The notes below the pieces were generated by a model. That model had not been told where the DNA came from. It saw nothing but the letters and a program-made list of their open reading frames with translations, and made no database searches. Positions 42,905 to 48,523 of a DNA stretch of 48,523 nucleotides are shown here, piece after piece (position 1 is the first letter of the stretch; each line of letters opens with the position of its first letter). The stretch covers positions 1-48,523 of IMG/VR virus record IMGVR_UViG_3300009175_000009, one strand, 5' to 3'. Source of the DNA: a virus. Taxonomy: Duplodnaviria > Heunggongvirae > Uroviricota > Caudoviricetes. Position numbers and translations under genes: made by a program.

Positions 42905-43519
42905 ATGAAACGCCGAACGCAGCCAGACGAATGTATGACTGAGGGATGCCGCTGCAAAGCCCTGTCGCGGGGCCTGTGCCCGCCGTGTTACGCGAGAGTG
43001 AGCAGGCTGGTACAACTAGGCCAGACGACCTGGAACGTCGAGGTGTCCGCAGGGCGGGCTATACCGGCCCGCGACAACCACGGAGAAAGCGGGACAAGGC
43101 TGCACGATATTTGGGAAGGGATACGAGGCCGCTGCTACAACCGTAACAGTACCAGCTATCGGCACTACGGAGCCCAAGGGATACGGATGTGCCGATCATG
43201 GCACCGCTACCTGAACTTCAGGGATTGGGCACTGGCGAACGGCTACCGCGACGGGCTGGTATGCGACCGCAAGGACGGAAGGAAGAATTATACTCCCGGC
43301 AACTGCCGGTGGGTTACGCAGGCTGAGAATGTCCGCAACAATTTGAACGTGGAGTGGTTCACGGCCTGGGGCGAAACGAAAACGGTGGGTCAGTGGTTTC
43401 AGGACGCACGGTGCGTGTTGGATAATGAAAGTACGCTGCGAATGCGGATTGCTCACGGATGGGATGTGGAAAAATCGATTACAAAACCGGCCAGGGCTTA
43501 TGGCACGCGAAGTGCATGA
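42905..43519 (+). CDS. HNH-like homing endonuclease
   Basis: SRGLCPPCY finger; IWEGIRGRCYN...YGAQGIRMC...DRKDGRKNYTPGNCRWVT. Confidence 0.85.
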   Translation: MKRRTQPDECMTEGCRCKALSRGLCPPCYARVSRLVQLGQTTWNVEVSAGRAIPARDNHGESGTRLHDIWEGIRGRCYNRNSTSYRHYGAQGIRMCRSWHRYLNFRDWALANGYRDGLVCDRKDGRKNYTPGNCRWVTQAENVRNNLNVEWFTAWGETKTVGQWFQDARCVLDNESTLRMRIAHGWDVEKSITKPARAYGTRSA

Positions 43520-43522
43520 TAT
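43502..43522 (+). promoter_or_regulatory. Sigma54-type motif overlapping an HEG stop codon, upstream of the GATase
   Basis: GGCACGCGAAGTGCATGATAT. Confidence 0.72.
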
Positions 43523-43567
43523 AGCCAGCAGGAAAGAACAATACACCATATTGAAAGGAAGATTACT

Positions 43568-44248
43568 GTGTGCGGAATCAGTGGCTTTATCAGTCAAGAC
43601 GGGCGCGGCCCGCACATCGAAACCCTGAAGAAGATCATTCTCGCGTGCGAAGCACGCCGTGGCGGTCACGCCGCAGGGCTGGCCTGGATCGATCAGCAGG
43701 GTGAGCTTCACGCCTGGAAGCGACCGGGCGAATTCGCCAGCAACAACGGTGCGGACGTCGATCAGGTTGACGGGGCACTGGCGGTTGTAGCCCATGCTCG
43801 GTGGGCGACGCACGGTAACGTCCAGATTAACGAGAACAACCATCCGCACAAAGCGGGTCGCGGCTGGCTCGTCCACAACGGTGTGGTGCATAACTACCGC
43901 GAACTGGCGGCACAGTACAAGCTGGAATTGCAGACCGAGTGCGATAGCGAAGTCCTCGGCAAGCTCATCCAGCACTGGCCTGGAAGCCTCGCCGACCGAG
44001 CCAAGTGGGCTGCGGAGCAAACGACCGGCCCGCTGGCGGTGATGGGCCTTTGGGCCAACCCGGTGCGGCTGCTCTTGGTGAAGTCGGGCAACCCGCTAGT
44101 CTTCTCGCGAGTCAAGCGAGGGTACTACATCAGCAGCGTCACGGACGGGATTCCGGGCGTAGTCAAAACGGTTCCCGACGACTTCGTTGACGTTCTGCGG
44201 TTTCCCACCATCAAAAGCGAGGCCGCGACCGCCGCAGTTACGCTGTAA
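43568..44248 (+). CDS. Class II (Ntn) glutamine amidotransferase
   Basis: N-terminal MCGI nucleophile, RGGHAAG, HARWATHG, NNHPH, HNGVV, TECDSE. Confidence 0.9.
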   Translation: MCGISGFISQDGRGPHIETLKKIILACEARRGGHAAGLAWIDQQGELHAWKRPGEFASNNGADVDQVDGALAVVAHARWATHGNVQINENNHPHKAGRGWLVHNGVVHNYRELAAQYKLELQTECDSEVLGKLIQHWPGSLADRAKWAAEQTTGPLAVMGLWANPVRLLLVKSGNPLVFSRVKRGYYISSVTDGIPGVVKTVPDDFVDVLRFPTIKSEAATAAVTL

Positions 44249-44307
44249 GTCTTGGCACGATTTAACGTACTACATTTACTCTAATTGCGAATCTGTAAGG
44301 AGAAGTT

Positions 44308-44547
44308 ATGAATATCGAGACTGAACTTTTGCAGGCAACTGGACAACACCCACGTGGTGCGGAAGAGACCGAGCAGGTCTACTTGAATCGAATCGCATGG
44401 GCTGTCGATGACATGCCCGAGTCGGTGTGGGATGCCTTGTCACAGGATGCCAAGGACTGGTTCAATTCAGCGTCCGATGTTTACGATGAGTGTAAGCAGA
44501 TTCCGGCGGGTGCCGTTCTGCCGACGTTCGACGCGGTTGGATCATGA
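44308..44547 (+). CDS. Hypothetical protein (paralog of the 45075-45482 N-terminus)
   Basis: AAGGAG RBS; visible similarity to the 45075 ORF. Confidence 0.6.
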   Translation: MNIETELLQATGQHPRGAEETEQVYLNRIAWAVDDMPESVWDALSQDAKDWFNSASDVYDECKQIPAGAVLPTFDAVGS

Positions 44548-44589
44548 TTTGGGCGAATTCTTCGGCAGCAAGATAAATGGAGCAAGATC

Positions 44590-45078
44590 ATGAGCAAGTT
44601 CAAGTTGTGGCCAGGGCGGGTGCAGACGGTGGTTGGGGTGGTGTTCTACCTCTATCTGATGTTCGTCTGCATTCGCGGCCCGTGGTGGTCGAAGCTGGTT
44701 GCTGTGATCTTCGCCCTGTACGCAGTCAATGTGGTTGCGAGTCTGGCCCTGCACCGCACGGCGTGGTATACGAAGTCCACGAGCAGGGGTTGGTGGTATC
44801 GGTGGGCCTTCCGCCGCCTTCGTTTTAAGATGAAGCAGATCTTACCCGACCATGCCTTGTTGTCTTACCCTTGGGCTATTTTTGTTGAGCTAGAAATACC
44901 TGCGATCTTCGAGCAAGGCGGCCTGCCGGCAGTACGCGAGGCCATCGATGGATGGGGTGAGAAGCAGGAGAAGGCGTTCGACGCGATGATCCACAAGGTA
45001 TGCGAGAAGCATTTCGCAACCGAGTCTATACTCGATGACGACTTCGTGCTGACGCCCGACGAGGATGAATCACCATGA
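44590..45078 (+). CDS. Putative membrane protein
   Basis: Two N-terminal hydrophobic helices. Confidence 0.6.
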   Translation: MSKFKLWPGRVQTVVGVVFYLYLMFVCIRGPWWSKLVAVIFALYAVNVVASLALHRTAWYTKSTSRGWWYRWAFRRLRFKMKQILPDHALLSYPWAIFVELEIPAIFEQGGLPAVREAIDGWGEKQEKAFDAMIHKVCEKHFATESILDDDFVLTPDEDESP

Positions 45079-45482
45079 GCGTCGAAAGTGAAATCCTGGC
45101 CGCGACAAACCAGGTTGGTCGCCGCCCGACCGAGGACGAGCAAGATTACCTGAAGCGAATCAGCCAAGCCACGTTCGATCTGTCACCGACAGTATGGAAC
45201 CGCATGTCGGAACAGGCTCGCAGGTGGTCTTACGATTCGGTTGTGGCTCAGGACGGAAACGGCGTGTTACCGCCGATGCCCGTCACGCCGAAGAGCAAGT
45301 TTGGCGAGGCCCACATCGAAATGCTTCAGGAGGCCATCCAGCAGGCACTAGACCGCGTGGCCATCGAGTTTTTGACCAGTAGCGACCGCTTCCGCAACCT
45401 CGACCTGAACTTCGACGTGGGTGTAGGTATCACCAGCGGTGAACGCAGCGTGACCTTCAAGGTCGAAGCAACAACCCCGTAA
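45075..45482 (+). CDS. Hypothetical protein
   Basis: ATGA overlap; paralog of the 44308 ORF. Confidence 0.6.
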   Translation: MSVESEILAATNQVGRRPTEDEQDYLKRISQATFDLSPTVWNRMSEQARRWSYDSVVAQDGNGVLPPMPVTPKSKFGEAHIEMLQEAIQQALDRVAIEFLTSSDRFRNLDLNFDVGVGITSGERSVTFKVEATTP

Positions 45483-45584
45483 CCAACGAACTTCTGCTCC
45501 CCGTGCCGAGATGCCTTGGGCGGCATACGGTTGGCGAAAGCCAGCCGACCTCGGCACGGGTATTTAAACAATGGAGACCGTATC

Positions 45585-45986
45585 ATGCCCCGCACAGCCG
45601 ACCTCGCTCCCATGCCCGACGATTGGGCACCCTGGTGTACTGACTACGACCGCCGCCGAGCCTGGGAGCAGCACCTGAAGCTGACCGCCGCCATGCAACG
45701 CGAGAACGAGCAACTGCGGAAGCACGCCGCGAAGCTGCCCCGTCGCCAGTATATGGCATCAGCGACGACCGGCGAACGCAGCCTGCTGAACGCTGCGGTG
45801 GAGACGTTCACCGATTTCGGCGAGGAGGGCCGCAAGACCAGAATTGGCCAGCACCTGACCATCGCTACGGCCTTAACGCAGTACGCCCGCCTGTGGAATA
45901 CCTATGGGCGGCTTCACGGCTTCCGGGTCTGGCAGGAGGAGACCGAACTGGGCAAACAGCAGCGTCTGGCCCGCCGCCGAAAATGA
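45585..45986 (+). CDS. Hypothetical protein
   Basis: GGAG RBS. Confidence 0.6.
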   Translation: MPRTADLAPMPDDWAPWCTDYDRRRAWEQHLKLTAAMQRENEQLRKHAAKLPRRQYMASATTGERSLLNAAVETFTDFGEEGRKTRIGQHLTIATALTQYARLWNTYGRLHGFRVWQEETELGKQQRLARRRK

Positions 45987-45994
45987 ATCCGAAC

Positions 45995-46015
45995 GGCACA
46001 CGGGTTGCATGATAT
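45995..46015 (+). promoter_or_regulatory. Sigma54-type motif
   Basis: GGCACACGGGTTGCATGATAT. Confidence 0.75.
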
Positions 46016-46071
46016 GACCTGCGATAGCGAGGCCGACCGGCCCGCGACGAAACACCGCAAGGAAAGCTACC

Positions 46072-46533
46072 ATGTACACGAAGGCTACCGTCAAGGCGAC
46101 CCGCGACCAACTTCAAGCCAAGCTGAACGGCATCGCCGCCGAACTTGGCCTGACCCTGAAGCTCGGCAACGCCAGTTTCATGGCCAACTCGATCACCTTC
46201 AAGTTGGATGTGGTCAACACAGCAAACGGGGCGAATCCTGGACAAGACGAATTCAACCGCTGCTGCTGCCAGTTCGGTCTGGAGACCGAGGACTTCGGCA
46301 AGACATTCACGAAGGGTGGCAAGACCTTCACCATTTGCGGATGCAACCCCCGCGCCCGCAAGATGCCCATCCACGCCAAGTTGGCGAACGGTCAGACCTA
46401 CAAGTTCGACGAGGGGGTGGTGAACCTCCTGCATCCTGGCCGTATGACCCGCACACCCTTTGGCTGGATGCGGAGCGAGACCATGTCCGCTCACCGAGCA
46501 GCCGCCAACGTCGGCGTGAACGGTGAACTGTAA
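46072..46533 (+). CDS. Hypothetical protein (ends NGEL)
   Basis: AAGGA RBS, follows the sigma54-like motif at 45995. Confidence 0.65.
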   Translation: MYTKATVKATRDQLQAKLNGIAAELGLTLKLGNASFMANSITFKLDVVNTANGANPGQDEFNRCCCQFGLETEDFGKTFTKGGKTFTICGCNPRARKMPIHAKLANGQTYKFDEGVVNLLHPGRMTRTPFGWMRSETMSAHRAAANVGVNGEL

Positions 46534-46548
46534 ACCGAAAGGAATATC

Positions 46549-46863
46549 ATGAGGAAGATCAGGGTTTCCTACGACTACTGTTCGGGCGGTTACTACATTA
46601 GGGTCGGAAGATTCAGTCGATGGGTTCCGTATTCGGACTGGACGTCCACAGGCAACACGCCTCGTATCACTTCTAGCTTGCCCAACGCGTATGAGCAGGG
46701 TGATACTCCTGCGGCCAGCCTGAAGATACTGAAGCAGATGCGGGACGAGATCGACATCTTCCTGCGGGTGGCCAGCAAGCCGGTCATCCTGACCTGCAAG
46801 GAAGGGCAACCCGGAATTAGTTGCCCGAAACAGCCGCAACAAATGAAAGGCACGAAGTCATGA
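46549..46863 (+). CDS. Hypothetical protein
   Basis: GAAAGGA RBS. Confidence 0.55.
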   Translation: MRKIRVSYDYCSGGYYIRVGRFSRWVPYSDWTSTGNTPRITSSLPNAYEQGDTPAASLKILKQMRDEIDIFLRVASKPVILTCKEGQPGISCPKQPQQMKGTKS

Positions 46864-47423
46864 GCACTGAGCTATTAACCGCCGCCGCCCGAACGCTCCG
46901 CAACGCCCAGGCAACATTCGACGACCGCTGGCAGGCGTGGTTCGATAACCTTCCTTCTCTCGGCCAGAACACATTCTGGAGTATGATCGAAGACCTGCGG
47001 GAGGCCATTCGGACGTACAAGATCAGGCTGGAACGCAGCAATGGCGTGGAACTGGGCTGCGAGGAATTCATGCGGAAGGCCATGACCGGCGAGGTGAGCT
47101 ACTCTTTGCTGGAGGCCATCCAGTTCGCTCGTACCTACACGGCGACCGTCGAACGTCTGCGAGCCCGCTACGGTGGTGGATGCGATAGCCGCAACGACCT
47201 GCTCGATAGTATGACCTTGTGCGGCAGGCTGTGTCTGACATTCCGCAAGGGCGATCTCCGTAGCCAAGTCGACTTGGTGTTCCAAGACGACGGGCCTATG
47301 GCTCGTCTGATCGCATTCGGTGAGAACTATATCGCCATGCGTATCTGCGACGCCGCGAAGAAATACTGGCTGGTCGATGCGACCCGCCGCGAGCGTGAGC
47401 TAATCGAGGAGGTAGCATTATGA
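46860..47423 (+). CDS. Hypothetical protein
   Basis: ATGA overlaps. Confidence 0.6.
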   Translation: MSTELLTAAARTLRNAQATFDDRWQAWFDNLPSLGQNTFWSMIEDLREAIRTYKIRLERSNGVELGCEEFMRKAMTGEVSYSLLEAIQFARTYTATVERLRARYGGGCDSRNDLLDSMTLCGRLCLTFRKGDLRSQVDLVFQDDGPMARLIAFGENYIAMRICDAAKKYWLVDATRRERELIEEVAL

Positions 47424-47797
47424 AGACGTTCACCAAGAAGAACCCGAACCCCGCCAAGTCGGCGAAGGCCAAGAAGCCCAAGAAGCCGCGAGGCAAACCA
47501 CAGGCGTGGATCTTCAGGCTGGTCAGCAGTCGCGGCAGCGACCACGTGCAGTGCGTTATCCTGCCCGCCGGCACGACGCCGAAGCTGGCCCGCGAGTTCT
47601 CCGAGACGTGGGCCTATAACATAATTCGTGGATCCGCTATCGAAAGCTGCACCGTGAGCTACAAGCGGGTGCGGCTGGCCCCCAGGGCACAACTGCTGAA
47701 GCAGTGGGACGCAGTCTGCAAGTGGTACGCCAACGCGAAGCTGGCGAAGGAAGAGCAGGCCGCCAAGCTGAACCCGCACGATTGGACGCACCGATGA
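47420..47797 (+). CDS. Hypothetical protein
   Basis: GGAGG RBS, Lys-rich N-terminus. Confidence 0.6.
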   Translation: MKTFTKKNPNPAKSAKAKKPKKPRGKPQAWIFRLVSSRGSDHVQCVILPAGTTPKLAREFSETWAYNIIRGSAIESCTVSYKRVRLAPRAQLLKQWDAVCKWYANAKLAKEEQAAKLNPHDWTHR

Positions 47798-47973
47798 CCA
47801 TTCGCAGTACCGCAGACTGTGCTCGCCAGATGGTTCAACGCGACGCTGACCAGGCTGCCCGCGAAGGGCGAACACCAGAATATGATATGAAACGGAGGGC
47901 TACTAAGGCCCGCCAGCGGAGCGTGAATGCACCGCCAAACAGCGGCCCAAAACAGCCGCGAATCCTACCCTGA
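47794..47973 (+). CDS. Hypothetical protein
   Basis: ATGA overlap, 59 aa. Confidence 0.4.
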   Translation: MTIRSTADCARQMVQRDADQAAREGRTPEYDMKRRATKARQRSVNAPPNSGPKQPRILP

Positions 47974-48076
47974 AAAAATCCGATAACGAATCCGAAACCG
48001 GCCTTGACGCGGATCGGCTTCGGGGTAAGATGTACGATGCCTCGCTAATTCACTGTTTGTCAGAAAGGATAGCTCT

Positions 48077-48523
48077 ATGAGGGAGTACCGTCGATGGTTG
48101 GGTGAAATTGCTGGTTACGCCCAACGAAAGTGTGCTGCGTATGCCCGTCAACTGGCCGGGCAATATGATGTGGACGACCTTATGCAAGAGGCGTTCCTGG
48201 TGTTCGACAAGGCCGTGGCTAAGTACGGCGAACTCGTCAAAAGCGAACGCCATTTCATGGGCATCTACAAGAGGTGCTTGTTCAACCGCTTCTGGTCGCT
48301 GGAACGCGATATGAAGTCGGCAGCCCGCCGCGGATGCGGTGGGTTCTGGCTCGGCGAACATGATCGAGAAGTTCTGGACAAACATCACGACGAGGTGTGT
48401 CTGGATGATGAGCCAGAGGTGATACGGTGGTTGAAGGCCCGCATTGGCGTGGACGGCAACCAGTGGTATCGCGGGCGGCGTTTCATAGCGATTCGCCAGA
48501 AGCGAAACGAACCGCCTTTGAAT
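48077..48523 (+). CDS. Sigma70 region-2-like protein (3' partial)
   Basis: Hand-translated MREYRRWLG...YDVDDLMQEAFLVFDKAVAKY...FMGIYKRCLFNRF; frame runs off the window; AAGGA RBS. Confidence 0.6.
   Translation, partial: MREYRRWLGEIAGYAQRKCAAYARQLAGQYDVDDLMQEAFLVFDKAVAKYGELVKSERHFMGIYKRCLFNRFWSLERDMKSAARRGCGGFWLGEHDREVLDKHHDEVCLDDEPEVIRWLKARIGVDGNQWYRGRRFIAIRQKRNEPPLN

Noticed and set aside
44251-44272. TTGGCACGATTTAACG as a 20th sigma54 site
   Set aside because: It has the -24 box but no GC at the -12 position and no ATG(ATA) extension.
8921-46015. The repeated 21-bp motif as a CRISPR repeat
   Set aside because: Copies are dispersed, degenerate in the middle, and oriented with transcription. 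There is no regular repeat-spacer array or cas gene.

Overview
This is a fragment of a large, GC-rich tailed-phage genome. The host is probably a planctomycete, inferred from the sigma factor, HARE-HTH protein and SWIM-ligase sequence types. Layout: (1) 1-6974, + strand: end of the tail module, then three glycosyltransferases. (2) 6975-13969, - strand: early-type genes including a PTP-like phosphatase and an ATP-dependent DNA ligase flanked by fragments of a second ligase. (3) 14067-29156: a mostly + strand run of small hypothetical genes. (4) 29170-31023: tRNA-Met, tmRNA, primase and an Ala-identity tRNA-like RNA. (5) 31200-39000: replication and expression genes (DnaB-like helicase, sigma70 factor, SNF2 helicase, CsrA, HARE-HTH). 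(6) 41000-48523: amidoligase, glutamine amidotransferase, hypothetical genes and a partial second sigma-like gene. Three patterns read directly from the sequence stand out. First, 19 copies of an extended sigma54-type -24/-12 motif (GGCAC-N7-GCATG, usually followed by ATA) sit ahead of gene clusters. Second, eight free-standing endonuclease genes of three nuclease types each carry their own sigma70-like promoter; four share a covarying 5' pseudoknot leader and five end inside a sigma54 motif. Third, two genes (ligase, NDT-like) are broken into pieces by these endonuclease cassettes. Functions were assigned by motif recognition only; no database search or folding program was run.
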